Origin: Planctomycetota bacterium
Lineage (GTDB): Bacteria > Planctomycetota > UBA1135 > JAKEFM01
NCBI GenBank assembly: GCA_022616055.1
Contig: JAKEFM010000240.1
Location: 5,504 to 69,503 of the forward strand
Length of the DNA: 64,000 nucleotides
Direction of reading: 5' to 3'
In this document: piece after piece, positions 1 to 9,266 of the stretch
Position numbering within the stretch: the stretch's first letter is position 1
Layout: the number at the start of each line of letters is the position of its first letter
Position numbers and translations under genes: made by a program
Notes under the pieces: generated by a model
Told to the model about the DNA's origin: nothing
The model's database searches: none
What the model saw: the letters and a program-made list of their open reading frames with translations, nothing else

Positions 1-534
1 ACCTACTGCACGACGCGCATCCGCGGCGCGATCCTCGACGAGCTGCGCTCCCAGGACTGGGTCCCGCGCCTCGTCCGGGTCAAGGCGAGCCGGCTCGACC
101 GCGCCTGGCAGGAGCTGCAGAGCCGCTTCGGGCGCGAGCCCACCACGGTCGAGCTCGCCCGGCGCCTCGGCCTCGACCTCCAGCAGATCCAGAGCGAGCT
201 GCGCGAGGCGAGCCCGCGCGCGATCTTCTCCCTCTCCGACGCGTGGGACGACGAGGAGGACCACCCGATGGAGAAGCTCGACGTGCTCGAGGACCGCCGG
301 AGTCCCGACACGCTCGCGCTCCTCCAGCGCCGCGACGTGATGGACCACCTCCTGCGCTCCCTCACGGAGAAGGAGCAGTACATCCTGCGGCTCTACTACG
401 AGCAGAACCTGACGATGCGCGAGATCGGGGAGCTCCTCTCCCTGACCGAGTCGCGCGTCTGCCAGATCCACAGCAACGTCATGGAGCGGCTGCGGCGCCG
501 CTTCCAGGCGGTCAAGGCCTCCCTCTTCGCTTGA
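1..534 (+). CDS. fliA: RNA polymerase sigma factor, FliA/WhiG (sigma-28-like) family; 3' part only, 5' end lies upstream of the window
   Basis: Frame 1 is open from nt 1 (TYCTTRIRGAILDELRSQDWVPRLVRVKASRLDRAWQEL...) and is continuous with track ORF 268..534. Region-4 HTH is LTMREIGELLSLTESRVCQIHSNV. Stop TGA at 532-534. Confidence 0.8.
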   Translation, partial: TYCTTRIRGAILDELRSQDWVPRLVRVKASRLDRAWQELQSRFGREPTTVELARRLGLDLQQIQSELREASPRAIFSLSDAWDDEEDHPMEKLDVLEDRRSPDTLALLQRRDVMDHLLRSLTEKEQYILRLYYEQNLTMREIGELLSLTESRVCQIHSNVMERLRRRFQAVKASLFA

Positions 535-581
535 ACCAGGGGCAAATCACCAAGGAACCTTCCGCCGAGTCCGCCCGCGCC

Positions 582-1370
582 ATGGCCGAGACGTTGCGCG
601 GGCGGTTGAAGACCGACCGCGTCGGCCGCGTCCTCCAGGTCCTTCCCTCGGTCGAATCGACCAACGACCTCGCCCGCGCGGCGGTCGCCTCCGCCCCCGA
701 CCCCTCCGCGGTCGACGGGCACGCCTTCCTCGCCCTCCACCAGACCCAGGGGCGCGGCCGGCAGGGACGGACCTGGTCCGCGCCGCCGAACACCTCCTTC
801 CTCGGATCGGTCATCCTCTTCCCCGGTGCCCGGCCGGTCGCGACGATCACCGCCGCCGCCGCCCTCGCGGTCATCGACGTGGTCGGCCCCCTCGTCCCGA
901 CGCCGGTCACGATCAAGTGGCCGAACGACGTCCTCGCCGAGGGGAAGAAGGTGGCCGGCATCCTGATCGAGGCGCTGACCGCGGCCGGGGGCGCCCCCGT
1001 CTTCGTCGTCGGGATCGGCGTGAACGTGAACCAGACGCTCCTCGACTTCCCGCGGGAGCTCCGGGCGAGCGCCACCTCGATCCACTGCGCGCGCGGCTAT
1101 CCCGTCGACCTCGCCGAGTTCTCCGCGACCCTCCTCGAGGCGCTCGAGCGCCGCTACATCAACCTCCGGGCGCGGGAGGACCAGGCGCTCGCGGAGGCCT
1201 TCCTCGACCGCCTCGGCCTGCGCAACCAGCCGGTGAAGATGGAGGCCGGCGGGAAGCTCCTGCGCGGCTCCCTCGACGGCCTCACCTTCGAGGGGGGGAT
1301 CCGCTTGACGGGTCCTAAGGGGACGCAGACCGTCCCCTGCGAGATCATCACGGCGATCACGCCGACCTGA
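582..1370 (+). CDS. birA: biotin--[acetyl-CoA-carboxylase] ligase (group I, no N-terminal HTH)
   Basis: Last 263 aa of track ORF 243..1370, starting at ATG 582. Biotin-ligase motifs GRGRQGRTW and KWPNDV are present. The upstream part of that ORF overlaps fliA in another frame and is Arg/Pro-rich junk. Confidence 0.85.
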   Translation: MAETLRGRLKTDRVGRVLQVLPSVESTNDLARAAVASAPDPSAVDGHAFLALHQTQGRGRQGRTWSAPPNTSFLGSVILFPGARPVATITAAAALAVIDVVGPLVPTPVTIKWPNDVLAEGKKVAGILIEALTAAGGAPVFVVGIGVNVNQTLLDFPRELRASATSIHCARGYPVDLAEFSATLLEALERRYINLRAREDQALAEAFLDRLGLRNQPVKMEAGGKLLRGSLDGLTFEGGIRLTGPKGTQTVPCEIITAITPT

Positions 1371-1395
1371 TCCCGCTCCCCCACCGAGGTCCCCC

Positions 1396-1878
1396 ATGCG
1401 CCTCCTCCTCCTCGCGTCGGCCCTACCCCTGCTCGCGGCCGCTTCTCCACGCGCCGTCCCTCCCTCGCCCGCGGGATTCCGCATCGAGGACCTCGCCTGG
1501 ATGGCCGGGGACTGGAAGGTGGCGAGGGTGGATGGCTCGGGAGAGGAACACTGGATCGCTCCCGCCGGCGGGTTGATGCTCGGGTTGCATCGCGAGATCG
1601 ACCGGGGGAAGGCGCACTTCTTCGAGTTCCTGAGAATCGAGCAGCGAGGGGAGGATGTCTTCTACGTGGCGCAGCCGGAGGGGAGGCCGGGGACCGACTT
1701 CAAACAGATCGAGGGGAGGGAGAACGAGGCTCTCTTCGAGAACCCGGCACACGACTTCCCGCGCCGGATCCTCTACCGGAGGGAGCTGAGAGCAACCCTC
1801 TACGCGCGTGCCGAGGGGGAGGAGGGAGGAAAGCCCCGCGTCGTCGAGTACCGATGGACGAAGGTCTCGGGCCGGTAG
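1396..1878 (+). CDS. secreted DUF6265-like (lipocalin-like) protein
   Basis: Signal peptide MRLLLLASALPLLAAAS. Pattern DLAWMAGDW...FEFLRIE...FENPAHDFPRRILY recalls the DUF6265 family. Composition is balanced. Confidence 0.7.
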   Translation: MRLLLLASALPLLAAASPRAVPPSPAGFRIEDLAWMAGDWKVARVDGSGEEHWIAPAGGLMLGLHREIDRGKAHFFEFLRIEQRGEDVFYVAQPEGRPGTDFKQIEGRENEALFENPAHDFPRRILYRRELRATLYARAEGEEGGKPRVVEYRWTKVSGR

Positions 1879-1937
1879 GGCGCCCGGCGATGCGTCAAAC
1901 CGCCGGGGGCTCGCCGCGTCTGTAGGATCCGTCGGTC

Positions 1938-4343
1938 GTGGGATCCCTCGCGCTCCCCCTCCTCGTCCTCCTCCTCCAGTCCCCGGCGCCCGCCTCCGCC
2001 AAGCGGCCGGAGCCCGCCGCGCCGCCGAGGCTCGCCCGCGTCCTCGGCCTCCTCGCCGAGGGGAAGAGCGAGCCCGCGCTCAAGGAGGCGACGCTCGCCC
2101 TCGAGTACGCACCGGAAGACCTCGAGCTCCTCGACGCGGCCTCGCGGGCGGCGCTCGCGCTCGGCCGGACCGACGAGGCGCTCTTCCACGCCGCGATCGC
2201 GGTCGACCTCGCGCAGGAGACCCCGGAGCGGAAGGCGATCCTCGAGGCGATGACGAAGCGGATGGCGGAGGTCGATCCGCTGGCGGGGAAGGGGGCCTCC
2301 CTCCTCCAGGACTTCGCGGGTCGCCTGATGCGCTTGGGGGACGCCTGCGCGGGACGGGGGCTCCACGCGAACGCGGTCGACCTCTACGGCCGCTGCGCGG
2401 GGACCTCGAGGGCCGCGAGCGCGCAGGCCGCCCTCGACCGCCTCTACGCGCAGCGCAAGGTCGTCGAGTCGCTCCTCGAGACCGGCCTCGACGTGCCGGT
2501 GCGGACGGCAGAGAGGCGCTCGCGCGCGCGCGCCGCGCGGGAGGACGCGGCCCACTCGGTCTGGGAGAACGCGTGGGAGGTCAAGAGCCCCAACTACACG
2601 GTGAGGACGGACCTCCCGCGCGCCCTCGCCGAGCAGGCCTCGACGGCGATGGAGCAGATGAACCGGTTCTACCGGACCGTCTTCCGCCACCGGGAGCGGG
2701 GAGGTGGGACGGCGCGCTGCGGGATCCGGATCTACCGCAGCCGCGCGCAGTTCGACGCCCTCGAGGAGAGCCCGCCGGCGAGCGTCGGGGGCTTCTACGT
2801 CGTGGGGGAGAACCGGGTCGCCACCTACGACCCCCGCTCGGAGGGTCGACCCCTCTCCGAACTGTGGGAGACGCTCTTCCACGAGGCGTCTCACCAGTTC
2901 ACCCACATGATCTCGGCGGACCTGGTCCCCGGCTGGCTGAACGAGGGAACCGCTTCCTACTTCGAAGGGGCGCGGCTCCTCCCGAACGGCGCCGTCGAGG
3001 CGAACCTGATCCCGGACTCCCGCCTCCACGAGGTCCGCATGGCGCTCGAGGAGGGGAAGCCGACGTTGAAGGAAGTCCTCTCCTACTTCGAGGAGGGCTC
3101 CTATCCGGGCGAGTTCTACGGCGTCGGCTGGGCGATCGTCTACTTCCTGCACAACTACGAGGACGACGCGTGCGAGCGCGTCTACCGCCCGCTCTACGGG
3201 GAGTTCGTCGACGCCTACCGGACCGGGGGGAAGCACGACCCCTTCGAGCGGTTCGTCGCGACCTTCCTCAAGAAGGCGAAGCGCCCCGGCGTCTCGACCT
3301 TCGAGGACTTCGAGCGCCTCTTCCGGGCTTGGATCCTGGAGCTCCACGACCTCCATTTCGGGCCGCCCGAGAAAGCCGACTCCCTCCTCGCGCGGGCCCG
3401 CAGGCAGCGCGAGAAGGGGAAGCGCGAGGCGGCCGTCGAGTCGTACCGGTGGGCGCTGCGCAAGCGCCCCGACGACCCCACCGCCCTCGCCGGCCTCGCC
3501 GAGGTCGAGTCCGAGCTCAAACGCCGCGACGCGGCCTTCCTCCACTTCCGCGAGGCGATCGCCGCGGCGCGCGCCCTCCCGGAACCTCCCCCGGAGCGCG
3601 CCGCCCTGGCCGAGAGTTGCTTGCGGCGCATCGAGTCGATGGACAAGACCCTCTCCGAAGGGCTCGCCGCGGCGCAGGCGGGCCTGGTCGAGGGGGCCGC
3701 CGCGGCGGCCTCGCAGTACGTCGAGGCGGGCTTCCCCCGCCAGGGCCTGCGGATCCTCGACGGGGCGATGGGCGTCCTCGGAGGGGACGGGGCCCTCCGG
3801 GCACAGAGGGCGAGGATCGTCCAGGAGACCCGCGTCGACTCCCGCCGGTGGCGGCGGGTCGGTCTCGCCCCGGACCTCTCGGAGTGGGAGGGAGACGAGG
3901 AGTGGCGGCTCGAGGGGGAGACGCTCCGCGCGCGGACCGAGGGCCTCTCCTTCCTCTTTCTCCGGGAGGAGCCTCCGGACTCCTTCCGGTTCGAGGCGAC
4001 GATCGAGCCCCTCGAGATCACGGAGGAGAGCTACCTCGCCCTCGCCTTCGGCGTGAACGCGCAGACCCGGATCACCGTCTACGGCGCCGGGCAGGACGGT
4101 GCCATCGACGTCGCCCGGTTCGGGCGGGAGTGGGAGGTCCTGAAGGTCTTCCAGCCCGCGAGCCTGAAGAAGGGAGGGACGATCCGTCTCGGCGTCGACC
4201 TCTCGCCGGAGGGGGCGGAGTTCTTCCGCGACGGCAAGCTCCTCGGCCGCCTCCCGCTCCCGGCTGCCGAGCGGCGCGGACAGATCGGCCTGTTCGTCCA
4301 GGACGCCGCCGCGGCGATCCGGGACGTGCGCCTGAAGTCCTAG
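1938..4343 (+). CDS. secreted DUF1570-like putative metallopeptidase with TPR-like repeats and a C-terminal jelly-roll-like domain
   Basis: GTG start with signal peptide (LALPLLVLLLQSPAPASA). HExxH motif FHEASHQF. Long helical-repeat region follows. The C-terminal ~170 aa are beta-rich (WRLEGETLRART...GLFVQDAAAAIRDVRL). Confidence 0.75.
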   Translation: MGSLALPLLVLLLQSPAPASAKRPEPAAPPRLARVLGLLAEGKSEPALKEATLALEYAPEDLELLDAASRAALALGRTDEALFHAAIAVDLAQETPERKAILEAMTKRMAEVDPLAGKGASLLQDFAGRLMRLGDACAGRGLHANAVDLYGRCAGTSRAASAQAALDRLYAQRKVVESLLETGLDVPVRTAERRSRARAAREDAAHSVWENAWEVKSPNYTVRTDLPRALAEQASTAMEQMNRFYRTVFRHRERGGGTARCGIRIYRSRAQFDALEESPPASVGGFYVVGENRVATYDPRSEGRPLSELWETLFHEASHQFTHMISADLVPGWLNEGTASYFEGARLLPNGAVEANLIPDSRLHEVRMALEEGKPTLKEVLSYFEEGSYPGEFYGVGWAIVYFLHNYEDDACERVYRPLYGEFVDAYRTGGKHDPFERFVATFLKKAKRPGVSTFEDFERLFRAWILELHDLHFGPPEKADSLLARARRQREKGKREAAVESYRWALRKRPDDPTALAGLAEVESELKRRDAAFLHFREAIAAARALPEPPPERAALAESCLRRIESMDKTLSEGLAAAQAGLVEGAAAAASQYVEAGFPRQGLRILDGAMGVLGGDGALRAQRARIVQETRVDSRRWRRVGLAPDLSEWEGDEEWRLEGETLRARTEGLSFLFLREEPPDSFRFEATIEPLEITEESYLALAFGVNAQTRITVYGAGQDGAIDVARFGREWEVLKVFQPASLKKGGTIRLGVDLSPEGAEFFRDGKLLGRLPLPAAERRGQIGLFVQDAAAAIRDVRLKS

Positions 4344-4381
4344 CCCGAGGCGTGCCGCGCCCGGAGCGTCAGGCCCGAGCG

Positions 4382-6895
4382 TCAGGGAAGTGGGGCGAGA
4401 TCGTGGAAGGCGAGGAGCGCCATCGCCGTCCCGCACGAACGGCCGAGGGTGGGGAATTCCTGGAATCCCCCGTCGGCGCACCGGCCCCGCAGGAGGAGCT
4501 CGAGGAGGAGCCGGCGCGGGCGCCGTCGCTCCGGCTCCGGAAGGCTCCGGATCGCCGCGGCGGCCATCGCGTAGTCGAACGAGACGTAGTGGGTGCCCTG
4601 GGCGTCGGGCCCCGCGTGCATGAGCGACTTCCCCCGCTCCTTCGCGAGGCCCTCCCGGTGCCCCAGGAACGCCTCGACCCCATCCCGGACGAGGTCGAGG
4701 CCGGCCCTTCCGCCGCGGTGGAGGGCGAGGGCGCAGAGAGGTGCTCGCCCGGCCGCGCCAGGCAGCGAGGTCGCGCGCGCGGGAGTGGGCCGGATCCAGT
4801 AGTCGAACGCCGCCCCTCCCGCGAGGGCCCGCTCGAGCGCGTCGAGGGCCGGCTTCGTCGCCTCCGAGGGCACGGGGAGGCCGACCTCGCGCGCGCGCAG
4901 GAGGGAGAGGACGACCGCCGCGGTGAGGAAGCTGATCGAGTCGGCGCGACCCTCCCCTCCCTCGCCGAGGTTCCCCGTGACGTAGTAGCTCCACCCCCCC
5001 GTCGTCTTGCGCTTCTCCTCGAGCTCCCGGACAAGTTCGCGCGGGAAGGGGTCGTCCCGCTCCACGAGCCTCGCCTCGACGCCGTCGGCGAGCAGCCAGA
5101 GTCGATAGGCCCGGCTCCACGGGGAGTAGTCCATGAAGTGGACCCGGTCCCCCGCCGCCTTCTCCCGCTCACGGTCCTTCCGGAGGAAGGCGAGCGCCCT
5201 CCCGACCGCCTCCGCCGCCCCGGGTCGCTCGCGGTGTGCGAGAAGCGCCCGGGCGCAGATCGCCGTGATCGCGCGCGTGAAGTCTCCCGCCCCGACCTCG
5301 GCGGACCGCCCGGACTCGGCCGGGCAGACGAACCCGCCGTCTTGATGCTGAGACGCGAGGAGGAACGCGACGGCTTCCGCCTCGGCTCGACGCGCCTCGG
5401 CGACGTCGAGCGGCCCTCGATCGTGGGTCCGCACGGCGTCGAGGACCTCCGCCGTCGGCCAGAGGAGGGAGGGACGGAGGCCGAGCGAGATGCCCGTGCT
5501 CTGCAGGGCGGCCGCCGCCCTCCAGGCCCAGGGACTCTCTGCGTGCGACTCGAAGAGGGTCTTCCAGACCTCCCTCGCCGCGTCCGCGCCCGCGCGCTGC
5601 AGCGCGAGAGCCCCCGACCAGTAGAGCGCCTCCGGCGTCCGGGAGGCGCCCGGGTTCTCGCCGAGGAAGCGCTGGATAGCGGCCGAGGCTCCCTCGAATC
5701 GCCCGAGCCGGAGGAGGATCACTCCCTCGTCGAGGCGGAGGTCCGGCGCCGGCCCCGCCGCGCGCGCCGCCTCGATCGCCGAGAGCGCCTCCTCCCCGCG
5801 TCGGAGGCGGCGGAGGAGGTCCGCGCGGAGCCGGTGCCCGTCCGCGCCCGGGACCGCGGCGATGACCTCGGGGGCGGCCGCGTACTCTCCCCGGCGGAGG
5901 AGGCGTTCCGCGCGCCGCAGGGTGTCCTTCCCCGCCTCCTCCCGAGGTGGCGAGCGCGGCGCGAAGGCGAGGCCCTCGACGAGGAGGTCGTGGACCGCCT
6001 CGGCGGTCAGGAGGCATCCCTCGCGCACGACCTCGCCCGCCGGCGTGACGAGCAGGATCGCCACGCCGAAGGTCGACGCACTCATCCCGTAGGCCTTCGG
6101 GGAGCGGAACGGGGCCTCCATCTCGGGGCGGAGGCGCAGCGGGACGTAGCGCTCCTCCATCAGCCCCCGGACGTCCTCGTCCATGAACGCCCCGGCGAGG
6201 ACGTCGTCCGAGATCGCGAACCCCGGCTGGAAGCGGGTGTAGACGAGGACGAGCCTCCCCTCCGACTTCGCGCGGGCGGAGGCGGCTTCCCAGTCCTCCG
6301 CCCACTCGATTCCGCTCCCACACCGCGAAGCGAGGGCGGCGAGGCGCGCCTCCTCCCGCACGGCCCCGGAAGCCGGGAGGAGACGGAAGGACCTCCGGAA
6401 TCGCTCCAGGTCGCGCTCGTGCCTCCCGAATCCGTCGCGGGCTCCCCTGACCTCGATCGTGTAGGCGAACCCCTGCTCGACGAGAAACCTCTGCTCGACC
6501 CGGGTCAGGGTCCCCTCGACGAGGACCTCGGCCCGCAGCCCCGGCGCTTCGCGGCCCGCCAACCGCGAGGACTCGCGCCGCAAGGAGGACCGCTGCGCCC
6601 TCTCTTCGAGGTCGGCGAGGGCCCGGTCGCGCAGCGTCTCCGCGCGAGTCTCCTCTGCGAGGGGGGCCGCTCGGACCGACGCGCGCATGTCCGGGCGTCC
6701 CTCGTGGACGAAGCGGACGACGAGCACTCCCGAGGAAGGCTTCGGCGTTGCGTCGAGCCGCCAATCGCGACCCGGACGCTCGACGCGGAACCCGTGCGAG
6801 GGGCTCTCGAAGGCGTCGTCCGCCTTCTCCCCTTGCGCGAGGAGCGCCGCGCCCGCGGCCAGGTTCTGGAGGAGGATCCCTCGGAGTCCGCTCAA
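4382..6895 (-). CDS. secreted multidomain protein: N-terminal alpha/beta domain, thioredoxin-like region, TPR, prenyltransferase/terpene-cyclase-like alpha-toroid repeats
   Basis: TTG start with signal-like N-terminus (ILLQNLAAGAALLAQG). Repeated QxxDGGF / GGWSYY / CADGGFQEF motifs are typical of prenyltransferase-like repeats. It lies antisense to the rejected 2004-aa shadow ORF. Confidence 0.75.
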   Translation of the reverse strand: MSGLRGILLQNLAAGAALLAQGEKADDAFESPSHGFRVERPGRDWRLDATPKPSSGVLVVRFVHEGRPDMRASVRAAPLAEETRAETLRDRALADLEERAQRSSLRRESSRLAGREAPGLRAEVLVEGTLTRVEQRFLVEQGFAYTIEVRGARDGFGRHERDLERFRRSFRLLPASGAVREEARLAALASRCGSGIEWAEDWEAASARAKSEGRLVLVYTRFQPGFAISDDVLAGAFMDEDVRGLMEERYVPLRLRPEMEAPFRSPKAYGMSASTFGVAILLVTPAGEVVREGCLLTAEAVHDLLVEGLAFAPRSPPREEAGKDTLRRAERLLRRGEYAAAPEVIAAVPGADGHRLRADLLRRLRRGEEALSAIEAARAAGPAPDLRLDEGVILLRLGRFEGASAAIQRFLGENPGASRTPEALYWSGALALQRAGADAAREVWKTLFESHAESPWAWRAAAALQSTGISLGLRPSLLWPTAEVLDAVRTHDRGPLDVAEARRAEAEAVAFLLASQHQDGGFVCPAESGRSAEVGAGDFTRAITAICARALLAHRERPGAAEAVGRALAFLRKDREREKAAGDRVHFMDYSPWSRAYRLWLLADGVEARLVERDDPFPRELVRELEEKRKTTGGWSYYVTGNLGEGGEGRADSISFLTAAVVLSLLRAREVGLPVPSEATKPALDALERALAGGAAFDYWIRPTPARATSLPGAAGRAPLCALALHRGGRAGLDLVRDGVEAFLGHREGLAKERGKSLMHAGPDAQGTHYVSFDYAMAAAAIRSLPEPERRRPRRLLLELLLRGRCADGGFQEFPTLGRSCGTAMALLAFHDLAPLP

Positions 6896-6982
6896 GCCGA
6901 TCGGGAGGCCCGCCCATCGCGGGGGACCGCATCGTATCCCCCCGCCGCCGAGCGCGGTCCGCGGTCGTCGCGGTCGACCGGA

Positions 6983-7684
6983 TCAGGGTCCGTTCGGCCG
7001 CTCGAGCAGGTCCCCGATCGCGACGAGCCGCTCGCTCCAGTACGTCCGCAAGCGCGCGGACTCGGCGCGCGAGGTGAGCTTGCGGTGCTGGAGGTCGAGC
7101 ACGCTCTTCGTCGGGCCCTTCTCCTGGAAGTAGGCCTCGACCGGCGTGCCGTCGGACCACTTCATGCGCATCGTCTTGTGCTTCGCGGCGCTGCTCATGC
7201 GCAGCGTCTCGCCCTCCAGCCACTCCCTGCAGCGGAGGAAGACCTTCCAGAGCTCGGCGACGGGCACCGGGTAGGTCCTGCTCTTGCTCACCTCGAAGGT
7301 GCCGTCCCGGCGCTGGCCCTTCTCGCGCAGGCCCCGGATGCGCTCGTAGCCGACGGTCACCATCTGCGTCCACCAGCCGTCGAGCCGGTAGCGCTCGTGA
7401 ACGAGCGTGGCGATCTCGCCGTGCGCCAGCGCGGCTGCGCCCGCGCGGTCGAGCTCGCCCGCCCATTCCTTCCAGGCCCGCCCGGTCCTCTTCGCCACGG
7501 TCGCGTCGCTCATCCCGGCGAGGGCGGCCAGGTCGCCCTGCGCCGGAGCGCCGGGTGCCCTGGCTCCGGCCGTGGGCTTCTCCCGCTTCTTCTCGAGCAA
7601 GCGCGCCCGGGCCGCGGTGTAGGACTCGCCCGTCTTGCGCATGCGCGCTCGGACCAGGCGCTTCAGGTCTTTCCGAACCGGCAT
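6983..7684 (-). CDS. hypothetical protein (DUF4287-like middle region, SRPBCC-like C-terminal region; function unknown)
   Basis: In-frame ATG at 7684 within track ORF 6983..7849, preceded by AAGGAG 7 nt upstream. Product begins MPVRKDLKRLVRARMRKTGESYT and has plausible composition. Confidence 0.7.
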   Translation of the reverse strand: MPVRKDLKRLVRARMRKTGESYTAARARLLEKKREKPTAGARAPGAPAQGDLAALAGMSDATVAKRTGRAWKEWAGELDRAGAAALAHGEIATLVHERYRLDGWWTQMVTVGYERIRGLREKGQRRDGTFEVSKSRTYPVPVAELWKVFLRCREWLEGETLRMSSAAKHKTMRMKWSDGTPVEAYFQEKGPTKSVLDLQHRKLTSRAESARLRTYWSERLVAIGDLLERPNGP

Positions 7685-7907
7685 CTGAGTTTCTCCTTCG
7701 CACGGGCCGAGGTGCGCGCCCCCCGACAGCCCGCCCCGCGGCGACGAAAGAGTGGTCGATGCCGGTCCGGGAGTATGCCCCCCTTTGCCTCGCAGGGACC
7801 TCCGTCGGGGGGAGGTCGATGAGGTTGGGCGCGGACGGTCGCCAGGCACGAGGTTGCCACGCTCGTCAGCGCTGTCAAGTCCTCCGCCCGGGGCAAACGG
7901 GAAGGCG

Positions 7908-8282
7908 TCAGTTCCCGCGCCCGATCCGCTGGAACCCGCGCTGGGCGAGCCACGCGGCCAGGCGCTCCCTCTGGTCCCCCTGCAGAACCAGCGCGCCGCC
8001 CTCGACGCGGGCCCCGACTCCCAGGGCGCGCGCCGCCTCGCGCGCGATGGGCTCGAGCTTGCGCCCCGTGAACCCCGGCCCTTCGGCGATGGTCACGGTC
8101 CTGCCTCCGCGGCCGGCGCGCTCCTGGCGGACGGTGACGCGCTGCAGCACGGGCTTCGGCCCCCGCGGGTCGGCGGGAGGCGGCTCCGGCCCGGGAGGGA
8201 GGGCGCCCAGCTTCTCCCGCAGGGCCTGGAACGGATTCGCCCGGCCCTCGGTGCCGGGCGCGGGAGGCTTCTTCTCTTCCAT
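7908..8282 (-). CDS. yciH: SUI1/eIF1-family translation initiation factor homologue (YciH-like)
   Basis: 124 aa. Core RVTVRQERAGRGGRTVTIAEG...LVLQGDQRERLAAWL matches the SUI1 fold pattern. Confidence 0.8.
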   Translation of the reverse strand: MEEKKPPAPGTEGRANPFQALREKLGALPPGPEPPPADPRGPKPVLQRVTVRQERAGRGGRTVTIAEGPGFTGRKLEPIAREAARALGVGARVEGGALVLQGDQRERLAAWLAQRGFQRIGRGN

Positions 8283-8341
8283 GACCGCGCTGGCCCCACC
8301 CTACCCGGCCCCGGGTTCCCGGCATCGCCGCCGACCCCGGC

Positions 8342-9259
8342 TCAGCGCGGGGCGAGCCGCGCCCGGAGGGCGGCGTTCGACGGAAAGAGGGCGAGCCCCT
8401 TCTGCCAGACCGCCGTCGCCCGTTCGTTCGCGCCCGCCTGGAGGTGGAGGTTGCCGAGGAGGAGGTAGGTCTGGGCGTAGTCGGGCTGGAGCGGGCCCGA
8501 CTCCTGCTGCTCGAGGAGGATCTCGAACTGCCGGATCGCCTCGGGCTGCTTGCCGAAGATCGGCGGCCAGAAGGAGAGGCCGACCGCCTTCGAGAATCGC
8601 GCGTCCCAGTTGCGGGGCTCGATCTCGAGCGCCCGGTCCCAGGACTTGTCGGCCTTGATCGCCCAGGTCCCGGCCTCGGGGGTGTTCCCCGCCTCGAAGA
8701 TCTTCTGCACGTAGGCCTGGCCGAGCTCGACCTGCTTGTCCGCGTTGTTCGGGTCCTGCTTCGCCCGCTCCTCGAACCACGCGACCATCTCGTCGAGGAG
8801 CCCCTGCGCGCGCAGCTTGTTCCAGATCTCCTGCATCTTGTCCTCGTCGATCTCCGGATCGAGGAGCATCCGCGAGGCCTCCTCGATCGTGAGGGGAGCT
8901 CCCTTGGCCGTCGAGGCCTCCGCGGCGCGGCCCGCGGCGCCGGTCGGGGTCCCGTTCCCGGGGGCGGCCACGGCCTGCGGAGCGTTCTTCTCGAGCCAGC
9001 GCGCGACGGTCGCCTCGATCTCCTCGTGGGAGACGCGCGGGGCCGGGGCGGCGGAGGCGCCCGAGGCCGAGCGCAGCGACTCGAGCTCGCCCGCGGCCCG
9101 GTCGGCCCGGGTCCGGAGCTCCGTCAGCTCCGAGCCGATCCGGGCGAGCTCCTCGCGCAGCCCCGGCTCGGCCGGGGCGCCCCGGCGGAGCGCCCCGCTC
9201 ACGAGGGCCGCGACGAAGCCGGAGAGGAGGGCGGACAGGAAGTAGGGATTGGCTTTCAT
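8342..9259 (-). CDS. membrane-anchored TPR repeat protein
   Basis: N-terminal TM helix (YFLSALLSGFVAALVSGAL), then a coiled coil, then C-terminal TPR-like repeats. It starts 7 nt after the anti-sigma stop. Confidence 0.75.
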   Translation of the reverse strand: MKANPYFLSALLSGFVAALVSGALRRGAPAEPGLREELARIGSELTELRTRADRAAGELESLRSASGASAAPAPRVSHEEIEATVARWLEKNAPQAVAAPGNGTPTGAAGRAAEASTAKGAPLTIEEASRMLLDPEIDEDKMQEIWNKLRAQGLLDEMVAWFEERAKQDPNNADKQVELGQAYVQKIFEAGNTPEAGTWAIKADKSWDRALEIEPRNWDARFSKAVGLSFWPPIFGKQPEAIRQFEILLEQQESGPLQPDYAQTYLLLGNLHLQAGANERATAVWQKGLALFPSNAALRARLAPR

Positions 9260-9266
9260 GGTCGAC

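Noticed and set aside
243-581. N-terminal extension of the birA ORF overlapping fliA
   Set aside because: It is Arg/Pro-rich and lies out of frame to the clearly coding sigma-factor region 4. The ligase domain begins right after ATG 582.
7797-7817. Hairpin GACCTCC-N7-GGAGGTC between yciH and the next minus-strand gene, considered as a terminator
   Set aside because: The stem is only 7 bp and has no U tract on the relevant (minus) strand. It cannot be distinguished from chance GC-rich self-complementarity.
1808-7822. 2004-aa ORF on the + strand, the longest in the track
   Set aside because: The translation is low-complexity Arg/Pro/Gly/Ala with no recognisable motif. It overlaps, in other frames or antisense, four genes that do have clear motifs, signal peptides and SD sites (1938..4343, 4382..6895, 6983..7684). 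It is a shadow ORF produced by stop-codon scarcity in GC-rich DNA.
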